From positions 5,145,489-5,209,488 of the forward strand of contig CM121342.1 in assembly GCA_051530055.1 (NCBI GenBank): a DNA stretch of 64,000 nucleotides, written 5' to 3'. The DNA is from Neoechinorhynchus agilis (taxonomy: Eukaryota > Animalia > Acanthocephala). Positions within the stretch are counted from its first letter, which is position 1, and the number at the start of each line of letters is the position of its first letter. Below are positions 23,128-33,938 of this stretch, in pieces. Below the pieces are notes generated by a model. It saw nothing but the letters and a program-made list of their open reading frames with translations. It was not told the DNA's origin and ran no database searches. The position numbers were made by a program, and so were the translations under genes.

Positions 23128-24774
23128 TCACCGATTGCTTAACCTGTTTGGGTATGGCGAGTACCGAGCCACATGGCTAGCTCGTTTATTGCTGCGGTAT
23201 TGGCGGCGTTGATGCTCATTCTGCTGAAATCGATAATACGGTCGACCAAATCTTTGTGTGCGACCAAACGAACTGAGCGTTCTTTGAATCTCAACGCTGT
23301 TATCATCCGCCGCCGCCGCCGCCGCCAAACGACTGTGGTCCTCATTGAGATTTTCGACGATTGGTCGTCGTCGAACTTTTGGTGGCGAATTGCTTGAAAA
23401 AGGTCGTCTCTCATGTACATAAGGCACCTCTCCGACGAATGAGCGATCGTTCTTACTCAAATCCGACTCGCACAATTTCGGAGAATAATCAGAACGCCAT
23501 GGTGTTGCTTTTGAAGGATTTAAAAGAAAATATGGTTCTTTTTGGTTCAATGTTCCACACTGTAGTTTCGTCCGGGGCATTTCAGGTGTAGGAAGAAGTG
23601 CCCGTTTTCGTGGTGGAACATTAGGCGTAGGCAAAAGGCCACCATTAACCCTCTTAAATTCCACTGGAACAAAGCGCTGCTGGTCAAATGCCATTTGCTC
23701 ACTTTGCCAGCTTTTTGACGACGGTTCTCTTGGCGGTATGTTAGGCGTCGGCATCAGCGGTTGTTTTGGTTGTACTGGCAACGGTGGACTACTGGGAGGT
23801 TCGGGTTTGACGACAAGACCCGAAAACATTTGTACCATTATTTCAGATGGCCGAACAGCGGCCGAAACTTGCGATTTTTGACTTTGAAGCTGATTTTCCC
23901 TTTGGTGCTGGAAAAATCTAGTAAACAGCGCAAACATGCCCGCATTAACTGGTGCCACCGGCGATGGTGGTGGTGGTACCACAATGGGCTCAATTGGAGT
24001 TTCGTCGGCAGGTTTAGGCGTGAACAGTTTCATATAATGCGCTGCATAGTCAGCTACCGTTTTCATTGTCTTGACTTCGCCTTCCACAATGCTACCTTCA
24101 CCCGTCGAATTATCATCCTTGTCCAAATATGATGATTGGCTAGTATAATCGGCTTTTGACGAATCACCACTCTGATGATTTGCAATATTTCTTTCCTTCT
24201 CTTTCATCAAATCACTAGCCCTTCTTAACTTTTGTTGGACATATCTTCGCCTTTGTGCACTATGTTCAGCAATCCTTTGTGACAAGGTGCTTTCAAATCT
24301 TTGATGCATCTCGGCAACTTCTTGAGGAAGTTTTACCGAGACCATTGGATAATATGGCTGCGAATTAATTCGCTCAAAGAAATCCTCCTCTTCTGGTGTA
24401 AGGGTCGGTGTGCTAAGAAATAATATTTCTTCTTCACAAATGTTCAAAAGATTTCTATTTGGATTGCGTGGATCAAAGTCCGGATTATGATAAACATCAG
24501 AACCGTATTTAGCTTTCATTTGCATTCGATTTGGTATGCTTCTAATCACTTCCAGTTCCCTTCCTTCCTTATCAGCCCAACATACGGACCTCTTTGGTCT
24601 AAAGTTATACACCGCAGAATCGTCCGGTTTTCTCAAAATACCTCGAGGGATATTTCGATCACCGCCGCCTTCTTCGTCACCAGAAATTTCCTCGTCATCA
24701 CTTGAGATAAGACCGCGCCGATTGGACCATTCGTAGTAGGCTTCATTGTTTCTGAAAGTTCGCGAATCGCGCAC
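23128..24774 (-). CDS. Uncharacterised Pro/Ser/Arg-rich protein with an RVxF-like motif (5' end unresolved)
   Basis: 548-codon open frame with an acidic patch, KRSVCWAD, Pro-rich tracts and an RYSPY C-terminus. Probable upstream acceptor near 24790. Confidence 0.7.
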   Translation of the reverse strand: MRDSRTFRNNEAYYEWSNRRGLISSDDEEISGDEEGGGDRNIPRGILRKPDDSAVYNFRPKRSVCWADKEGRELEVIRSIPNRMQMKAKYGSDVYHNPDFDPRNPNRNLLNICEEEILFLSTPTLTPEEEDFFERINSQPYYPMVSVKLPQEVAEMHQRFESTLSQRIAEHSAQRRRYVQQKLRRASDLMKEKERNIANHQSGDSSKADYTSQSSYLDKDDNSTGEGSIVEGEVKTMKTVADYAAHYMKLFTPKPADETPIEPIVVPPPPSPVAPVNAGMFALFTRFFQHQRENQLQSQKSQVSAAVRPSEIMVQMFSGLVVKPEPPSSPPLPVQPKQPLMPTPNIPPREPSSKSWQSEQMAFDQQRFVPVEFKRVNGGLLPTPNVPPRKRALLPTPEMPRTKLQCGTLNQKEPYFLLNPSKATPWRSDYSPKLCESDLSKNDRSFVGEVPYVHERRPFSSNSPPKVRRRPIVENLNEDHSRLAAAAAADDNSVEIQRTLSSFGRTQRFGRPYYRFQQNEHQRRQYRSNKRASHVARYSPYPNRLSNR

Positions 24775-25409
24775 AGTCTCGCTTAGTCTCCTGAAAGTGC
24801 GAGTGTTAGTTTTTTAATCTTTATAGGAAAAGAGAATGAAAACGCAGAAACGAAAATGTCAACAAAAGTACAATTCGAAAACAAACAGTTTTGGACAGAA
24901 TTTAAGTCGCAAGTTGCTTTTTTTTAATGTGCTTAAACGCGTGCACTCGGAGAATGAGCGCTTTTAATTCGAAAGACTTTCCGAACATGACGTGCTATTC
25001 GCGACGCGCCATCGCCGTTGGTTTGCGGGATCATTACTTTTGTTGAGATTTTGAGGCGCCTATGAGTGATGACGTATTTTGATTCTGTGAGCGCGAGGGA
25101 AATCATGTGTTCGAAAGTGCTCTGTTTTTTTCGCATAGAACTCATCGCGCACTTTATGCTACCTTTTTGATGAACTTTGCTTGTATGAGTTCAGATCCAT
25201 GTCACCGGAGGTCCACTCATCACTCATATTCCCGTCATTATGGTCACTATCCATCTAAAAACATGAGTTAAAACGTCTAATTTGAAGAAAATATCATGTC
25301 AGATATCCGTTCTCTGTTCCTCATTCCTTCTAGGTCGGAGGATTGACAGGTACCTTAGATTTCATCATCCATGAACACAAAGAAACTCACATTATTCAAC
25401 ATACACGAC

Positions 25410-26358
25410 GCACTCAAGCAGTGAGAACGTACAAAATAAAAGTAGACACGAAAGAAATGTAGATCTGAAACGATGACGTTACCGTCGCACTCAAGCAGTG
25501 AGAACGTACAAAAGTAGACACGAAAGAATTGTAGATCTGAAACTATGACGTTACCGTCGCACTCAAGCAGTGAGAACGTACAAAAGTAGACACGAAAGAA
25601 TTGTAGATCTGAAACGATGACGTTACCGCACTCAAGCAGTGAGAACGTACAAAATGAAAGTAGACACGAAAGAATTGTAGATCCGAAACGATGACGTTAC
25701 CGAAGCAGTGAGAACGTCAAAAGTAGACACGAATTTGTACTGATTCCCACTCAAGCAGTGAGAACGTACAAAAGTAGACACGAAAGAATTGTAGATCTGA
25801 AACGATGACGTTACCGCACTCAAGCAGTGAGAACGTACAAAAGTAGACACGAAAGAATTGTAGATCTGAAACGATGACGTTACCGCACTCAAGCAGTGAG
25901 AACGTACAAAAGTAGACACGAAAGAATTGTAGATCTGAAACGATGACGTTACCGCACTCAAGCAGTGAGAACGTACAAAAGTAGACACGAAAGAATTGTA
26001 GATCTGAAACGATGACGTTACCGCACTCAAGCAGTGAGAACGTACAAAAGTAGACACGAAAGAATTGTAGATCTGAAACGATGACGTTACCGCACTCAAG
26101 CAGTGAGAACGTACAAAAGTAGACACGAAAGAATTGTAGATCCGAAACGATGACGTTACCGCACTCAAGCAGTGAGAACGTACAAAAGTAGACACGAAAG
26201 AATTGTAGATCCGAAACGATGACGTTACCGCACTCAAGCAGTGAGAACGTACAAAAGTAGACACGAAAGAATTGTAGATCTGAAACGATGACTTCATGGC
26301 GTTACCGCACTCAAGCAGTGAGAACGTACAAAAGTAGACACGAAAGAATTGTAGATCT
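25410..26358. repeat. 69-bp minisatellite, about 14 copies
   Basis: Unit GCACTCAAGCAGTGAGAACGTACAAAAGTAGACACGAAAGAATTGTAGATCTGAAACGATGACGTTACC. Confidence 0.97.
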
Positions 26359-29300
26359 AAACGTAAATCAAAATAGTGTTGTTTGGAATTATTTTTCATC
26401 AGTTATGAACCCTATGAGAGGTTCACAGAATGTCTTTTTAATCGAAAGGAAATCATTTACCGCGGATGTGAAGACTTCTAACCATAATAATTCCAATGAT
26501 CACATTCCCCGGTACCACCTCTCACATATCGACAGAGTGGTGTTTTCTTTTGTGAAACATTCATTCACTTATTGGTGGTATTTTAGTAAAGGACTAAGAG
26601 ACAAATGGTGTAATTTGGTGCGATTTTCTTCAGTGTTGCTTTCGTAGCGGGCAGAAATTGAGCAAAATAGGGAGAATGATCGATTGGTAATCAAAAACAG
26701 TATCAATTATCTCATTAAACAAAAGAGAAGCAGCCGATGGTTATTATTCGAATTATTATTTAAAAATTGCTCTTAGTACCTTGTATTTTTAAGAATTTCG
26801 TTTACGACGTATGAAAAATGAGCTTTCACGACTTGGAATGCGTCCATTTTTGTAAGGATTAAGAATTCTAAGAATGCAACTTAGAAAACAAATATTCATA
26901 CCTCGAACTTTAAAAAAAAGAATCAATTGTGGGTGTTCGTTTAATAATAACGAGTAATCGTTGAACAGAATCGATGCGATTTTAAGGCACTCAAATTTAA
27001 CATTTCGGTCATTCAATTAAAAAAACGATCTGGTGCGATCTTTTAACCAAGCAAATTTGGATCGAAGTTATGCCAAATTCGCTCTGTGAATTGGGACAAC
27101 TTTGCCGTCCATCGTCGGCTGCTTATTTAAGCTGAAAAGAAAACATGAGTTATACGGAATATATATTCGAGAATTTGAAATAAAAGTTCGTATAAGAGTT
27201 GAGAAAAAAAATCTTATTTTTCGTCACTGAAAGAGTTTGTAAAAGAGGATACATTGAAGATTTAAGCGCACAAACTCTTTTTAGTTACAACGTGAATGGG
27301 GCAAAAAGGAGGATTAAAGTGAACAGAATTTTTTTCTATACAAAATCACATATTTGATAATTTTTTTGGGATGTAGTCGAATATTAGAATGTTTCCATTC
27401 TATCGGTGAGATCCTTATTTGATAATACTGACCAAAGCGGCTTAAACATTCATTCGGTCATCTCCCAAAAAGGCGCTCAGCCAATAGCTACACTTCAAAT
27501 CGCGGTCAAAGTGTATTCTTAACCGTAATTTGAGATGTTCCTGAAAGAGGAATATGGAGATTTGGGTTAGATGCGAAGAATACAAAAACTAATTTTTTAC
27601 AAGCTCAAAATTTCAGCAATTCGTACAGTCTATGAAAAGTATGAGATTCTAACATATGAGAGTCAAATCCCATTGAGTTCATTAAACATTTTTCCGCCAA
27701 AGTTGGTTAGTGGAAAATTGAATGAGCACTGAACTCGCTTTTCGGTACGCTCTCGTCTTTTACGACAAATCGCGCAAAAAAATTATTATAGGTACAATAA
27801 CATAGATGGCCAAATGACGAAGGCTAAGATTAAAACAACTTACATTATGAGATGGAAAGGGGTCGTTTGATTGTGAATAATCCAAAAGAGTCGGCAAAAA
27901 GGATTTTATTAAGCAAAAAGAGTGAAAACAGAAACTGCAAACTTTAACTCACGATTAAGAGGAAATGGTCGAGATTTCTCGATTATTACAAACCAGAATC
28001 AAAAGCGAGATAGACAGCAGAAAGTGCTGGACAAATTCAACCGAAAATTAGTGTTCACCTTTCTTAAGAACAATCGCTATGCACTGGATCCAAACTTTCG
28101 AAGGTAGCATTGTTAAGTTTCCGCTGAAGAGGCTTTGTTTTTGACTAAAAAGTTGAGATTTTATCAACCTCACGTGTCCCAAAATAAATTGCTTTTTTTA
28201 CGCGTGTAAAAAAGATTCTCGTTGGCAATTCCAAAATAAAAGACGGTAACTTATTACAAGTAAAAAAACTCGTTTTTTTAAGAACTTGGTAGTGTGATTT
28301 GTGGTGGTTATTTTTTTAGATTTGAATTGATAAACTAATTGATACAATTAGTCCAAATATACATCTTTAGCAAGATCCGAATTAGGACTTGTTAGAAAAA
28401 GTATATGGTTCTTAGTTTACCAAAAAAATAAATACATGGTTGTTATTGTGAACATTGTTTTTGTCTAAGGTAAGCGATGAAGGGGAAACGACAAAAATGA
28501 GAGCACTGAGGGCCTAATCACGGTTTTCCTTCATTGAAGTGTTTATACTCTTAATTCGATTGAGAAGGATCTCCGATAGTAGAGGATTTCACAAGTTCCC
28601 TGTTTCTATAAAGGAACAAGGCATTATTAGAGGCACCACGCCTATTACACTACGGTGATTAAGGTTTAAAATGGCTAGAAAACACACCAAAAATCTCATA
28701 GGTGTCTCTAGCGACACGATTTTTGTATTCGCTTTCACTCCTTCGTGGCTCATTGTCGTCGTCGTCGTGAAATACAAGCTCCGTGGCTACCTAGGAGAGA
28801 CTCAAAAAAGATGTTCAAACCACGCGCCTACATGGACCACAACCGAGGACTGTGGTGATTGTTGGTCAGTTGGATAGGAGGGTGTTCCTCACCGCCGCCG
28901 CCGCCGCTGAGAATGAGGAACGCACGCGCACACTACTGAGTCATTTCTAGTGGTTGCTCAAAGTCAGAGGGCGTAACACACCACACCTTAATATTCGCTG
29001 CTTCAAAAAAAAAGTTTCTTTTCCACCTATTTTTTCTTGAAAAGAAGAACGTAAATTGATAACACGCTTATAGATTTGTGTGTGTAAGGTGGTGGTCGTA
29101 AGAAACGAAGAGACTTCACTCATTGACCCTCATGTTTGCGCTCTTCTAAGGAGACATTTGCTTTAGGATACGACGTCAATCGACATTTTCCGCCACTTAT
29201 ACGCTACTCGTTCTGCTGCCATACACACCCTCAGCCCTTCCGCCATCATCATCATCATCGATTGCTTTACAGAGGAGAAATTCCTTCTATTAAAGGCATA

Positions 29301-29514
29301 TACAAATGTCGCCGTTAGCGCCGCTGCAGTGCTGCAAACATAATTAATGTGTATATGCAGAGTTCTGGTGCTTTGGAAAGAAGTATTACACTGCTTCGTT
29401 ACTCTGCCAAGTATAGAATTTCTCTACTGCCACCACTGCTGTCAAGCTTCCACATATCTCGCTGCTGCTGCTGCTGCTGCTGCTGCAGTCTAACGCACAC
29501 ATTCGCCAACTCCT

Positions 29515-31341
29515 TTGACCACATACACCTTTCCCGTTTTGCTTGTTCACGCGACTCCTTCTCTTGAAACACTATGCCGCATTCTAGAAGATCTGCACAC
29601 TAAAACACTATCAAAAGGCTCCACCACAACCCATTTCACCGTGGATTCCTCATCGTCGCCTCAGACTGCGCAACAATATTTGTACGACCCAAGCACCAAC
29701 AGCATCATCTCCCGTACTGCTTCGAGTTCTGCAAATGCTGCAGCCTCTGCCTCTGGTGCTGCTGCTGCAACCACATCTTCCAACAGAACGCCGAATACTG
29801 CTGCTGTAAATGGCGGCGGCGGCGGTACTAATAGTGGTGCCGTGGCAGGAGCTAACGCCACAAACGCTGTCGCTCCTGGATCAACCAACTCGACGACTGC
29901 CGCCGTACTTATACAACAGCCACCATCTCAACAACACCATTTCCACCAAATCCAGCAACAACAAGCAGTTCAGCTGCTTCAACACTACCACCAACTCCAA
30001 CCGAACAACAGCTCCAATGCTCAGGGTCAACAGCATCTGCAACAACAACAACAACCAACTCACTTACATCAACAACATTTCAATCCAACTATGGGCGCCG
30101 GATCTGCTAATACCAATATGCTCGTTCATCACCAACAACAACAACAACAACGAATGCGAGCGTATCAACCTCCCCCATCTCAACAACAACAACAAACAAT
30201 TAGAGCGCATCTGCCTCCACCCCAACAACAACGATCGCGTTCACAGGTAGCATCGAGTGGGATTGCACCTCCGATGCCGAAGAAACCCAAAGGTCGAATG
30301 TCTGCGTACACATTTTTTGTTCAGACATGTCGAGATGAGCACAAACGATGGTACCCCAAGGACAACGTGAATTTCGCGGAATTCTCCAGAAAATGTTCAG
30401 CTCGATGGAAGTTGATGACTGAAGAACAGAAGACTAGATTTGTTGAGATGGCGAATGAGGACAAGCAAAGATATGAGGCTGAAATGGCAACGTACGCGCC
30501 AGTTGCGGCTGCTGCGGCTGCTGCTGCTGCTGCAAACCAGTCAGGACACCAGGGTGCTGCTGATCATCCTCCATCGAAACGGTCAGCGAAGAAGAAGGAC
30601 CCACATGCACCAAAACGGCCTCTTAGTGCTTTTTTCCTTTTTTGTAAGGATGAACGAGCAAGGGTCCGGGAGCAACATCCAGAAGCGTCAGTTAGCGGTG
30701 TTGCGAAGATAATGGGAGGTATGTGGAGCACGATGGATCCTGAGTTGAAGAAGAAGTACGAAGAGAGTGCTAGTTTGGCTAAGTTGGAGTACAACAAGAC
30801 TCGAAATGCTTATAAGAACGCTCAACAGCACCAGGAAGCGGATTCTCCATCTTCGCCCGCGTCCAACAAAGTCAAGTGTCCAGTGGGGGGAATCATGCAG
30901 CAGCAGCAGCAGCCGGTGGGCAACGTAGTTTCAACTGATTTGGCGGCTGCATTGATGCTTTCATCTTACCCACCAGCACCACCACCAGCAGCACCGCCAC
31001 CACAATCAGCACAGACGACTGATGTGTACCAGCAGGATGCTTCTGGGGGAAACGGAGCTCTTCAGGGAAACACGGTTATGATGCGTTTGCAACAACAACA
31101 ACGTCATGCGCTGAGTCCTCATCTAATGCACACGTCGATGCCTGAGATATTCCTTCAGCAGCAGAATGCCATGTTAAGAACCACTTATTCTAACAATGAG
31201 CTCAATCATCAATCCAATAATGATCAATCAATGTACACCACTGCACCAAGCTCTCAAAATGCTGCTCCAACCAACTATCATCATCATCATCAACAGCAGC
31301 AGCAGCAGCAGCAGCATAGACAACAACCACCCGGTCAATAA
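29515..31341 (+). CDS. HMGB protein with two HMG boxes and Q/A-rich extensions (Dsp1-like); true start unresolved
   Basis: KPKGRMSAYTFFVQTCRDEHK (box A) and KDPHAPKRPLSAFFLFC (box B); polyQ/polyA tracts; no acidic tail. Confidence 0.9.
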   Translation: MTTYTFPVLLVHATPSLETLCRILEDLHTKTLSKGSTTTHFTVDSSSSPQTAQQYLYDPSTNSIISRTASSSANAAASASGAAAATTSSNRTPNTAAVNGGGGGTNSGAVAGANATNAVAPGSTNSTTAAVLIQQPPSQQHHFHQIQQQQAVQLLQHYHQLQPNNSSNAQGQQHLQQQQQPTHLHQQHFNPTMGAGSANTNMLVHHQQQQQQRMRAYQPPPSQQQQQTIRAHLPPPQQQRSRSQVASSGIAPPMPKKPKGRMSAYTFFVQTCRDEHKRWYPKDNVNFAEFSRKCSARWKLMTEEQKTRFVEMANEDKQRYEAEMATYAPVAAAAAAAAAANQSGHQGAADHPPSKRSAKKKDPHAPKRPLSAFFLFCKDERARVREQHPEASVSGVAKIMGGMWSTMDPELKKKYEESASLAKLEYNKTRNAYKNAQQHQEADSPSSPASNKVKCPVGGIMQQQQQPVGNVVSTDLAAALMLSSYPPAPPPAAPPPQSAQTTDVYQQDASGGNGALQGNTVMMRLQQQQRHALSPHLMHTSMPEIFLQQQNAMLRTTYSNNELNHQSNNDQSMYTTAPSSQNAAPTNYHHHHQQQQQQQQHRQQPPGQ

Positions 31342-32279
31342 GAAAAAATTTAAAGATTGTGTATCTGTCGTCTTTTATGTGTTTCATTGGAGATGATGAT
31401 GTGTTTTGTACACTATAGAATCAAAATAAATTATCGCGGTCAAATAATCGTGCCGAGACACTAACGAGAGAGAATTCAGCAAAGATGACGTAATGAGAAG
31501 AAAATTGATAGGGAAATCATGTTCCGAGAGTCGCTTAGTTTTGAGGTTTTTGCAAAACTGCCATATTTTTAACTTTAATAGAGACACATTGAGGTTATCA
31601 AATCTTTTTTTTGTTAAAAACGCATCTAATTTCTGTCCTAAGCTCAATCTCTACAATATTTAGGACATGATTTTATTCGAAGTTGATCGAATTAAATCCA
31701 AAAGTCGTCTTGAGGTCAATACTCTATCCATTCAACAATTTAATTCCCAATTGATGGAAGGCATCTTTGTTGCGTACGCTCATCAATGATAGATTTTTCC
31801 CAAAACGTTCAAGCGATGTTTGTCCGAATTTTCGCCCTTCGGGGACTCTGGAAGGTCAGAAAAGGGATAAACTGTAGACATCTATCATCTTTCTTTTTTG
31901 GCAATATACATTCGAACGAGCATCACTAAGACATTTGTAGCCAGCGGAGCTTACTCAGTGTCAAGGAAATAATGAAATTTGGAAGTGCAATTGGAAGTAT
32001 CGTGCATGATACTTCATATCTAAACAAGCAAAGTTTTTTATAAACTTGCCAATTTCAGAAATGATGTGACCCTCCAGAAGGATGCTATTTCCTTTCTAAC
32101 TGTGTATTGTGATTCCATCGCTCGGGATAAAACGCGACTTTTATCCGTCCCAACGTTCAATAAAGAAATTCTTAATGCTCACACTACGCCTTCCCGCACC
32201 CACCCTTGTCCATCTTCACTCATAAACATTTTAGTTGGAAGCTTTTAAAATTCTGGAAAATTAATCCTTCTAGGACCCC

Positions 32280-33320
32280 CTCAATTTTTTCATTAGTCTC
32301 CGAAGAGAATAAGATCTGTTTCTCTGAAAAATTTTACGAACAAAAATGAAACATTAGTACCCCTTCTCACATACGGATGATCGCCATACAAAATCCAATC
32401 ATTTCCTTCTTCGAAAAAGTCATCAATTCCAGACTAATCAGCTTTCTGAAAAGCAAAAAAATTATTCCCCCGTCTTTTCATGGCTTTATTCCGGGTCGTG
32501 GTGTCCACTCATTTTTTACTGAATTAATGTAGATATATTTTTATCGACTCAATCGATAGACGACTATTGTATAAAACTCTCTATTTTTTAAAGTTCCAAT
32601 GAATTTAATTTATAAAATAAATAATCTTATGGCAACTAAATCTTTTTTTGCTCTAAATACGGTGTACCACAGAGATCTCTACTGTCCCCTACTCCGTTTC
32701 TAATTGTAATTATATATATTTTTAAGAATATTGTGGCTAAATCAAAATCGGTCTACCCTCTGATTTATGCAGATGACAATTTTATTGTCTTGTAAACACA
32801 AAAGTAGGACTTTCCTCTTAAATCATATAGATTCCTTTTTAATAACATTACAGAATGGCCTCTCCAGGAAGGTAATTTAGTCGTTAATCCATCAAAAACA
32901 GTTGTCCTACCACTTACTAAATCTTACTTCTCTAGGGCTCAATTGAAAAAAGATCTGGCTTTGCATTCAACATTTTCAGCTTTTTTAGTCAAGAGACAAC
33001 CGAATACTTGGCAAAGATTTTCCATCAAATAGGCAACGTTTTTTGATTAATTCCTCGCTCTCTGGAATATTTTATAAAGAAAGAAATCTCTTGAATCGTA
33101 TGCTTCGCATTGGGTTCACTTTTAATTATATTTATAGAATTTTAATTACGCTTTTTGGAGGTTCATTATGTTTCTTTGCAAGGGTACGTCCTCCTGAATT
33201 TCGATTGACCTTTTTCAATCATTTTATGAAAAAACTGAAGAACATTTTAAAAAGGTCATCGTTCCCAAATCGAAGTCTCCTCTCGGCCTCCGTATTTTTT
33301 TGACTAAAATCTGGTAGCAT
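32280..33320 (+). mobile_element. Degenerate LINE RT, same family as the element at 55254-58500
   Basis: SHIRMIAIQNPIISFFEK..SRL..FHGFIPGRGV, PLIYADD and GGSLCFFAR are shared with the 55-58 kb element; frameshifts and stops present. Confidence 0.75.
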
Positions 33321-33938
33321 TCTCCTCATTTTCCAGCCAATAAATTTTTATTTTTCTAATAAAACTTAATCCCACCAAATAGCTTGACTTTTATATTGTA
33401 TTCACTAATTTAGTTGAAAAAGACAAACTCGAAATTATAGTGTAATTGAGTCCTTATTTTAGACTAGTAATAGTTTTTTCTATGGAGGGAAAGGAGTCCG
33501 GGGAATACTGCGATCTACTCTAACTCGAGACTTTTCCTTTCTCTTCCTACTTTATGGAATGTATACAAATTGATGGATCCTTAAAAAAGAGCTTGAGTGT
33601 ATGCGGCATAAAAAAATAAAACTGCTTAAAAATTGCTATAGGCTGTTAAAAAAACGCCGAAGCGCGTTCGATATCATAAATGTATTCTCCTTTTTTTCTC
33701 TCGATGAGTTTGTGTATTTCAACGGAACATCACATATGATTGGCAGCAGTCGTTAGAGAGAGAGAACCGATAAAGAAGATTTAAACATTTTTTTGTATAA
33801 TCAAAAAACCCTATGAATCTTAAAAATCCTCCTCAAAACGAGCCACCACAACACACCAAGTATCCATTTTTGACAGCTCCTTCCATGTCTATACAACTAG
33901 TTTACTGCCAGAAAAAACGCTTCAACGCACCAGCGTTA

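Noticed and set aside
24775-25145. Non-canonical intron joining ORF 24933-25145 to the 548-aa ORF
   Set aside because: No inverted repeats or TA pair were found; a canonical-looking acceptor exists and there is no homology to anchor the junction.
25410-26358. CRISPR array or 255-aa repeat protein
   Set aside because: Units are contiguous with no unique spacers, the context is eukaryotic, and the ORF is a by-product of a 3n, stop-free unit.
26400-28900. Genes or elements in the AT-rich spacer before the HMGB gene
   Set aside because: No convincing ORF, repeat or structure was recognised.
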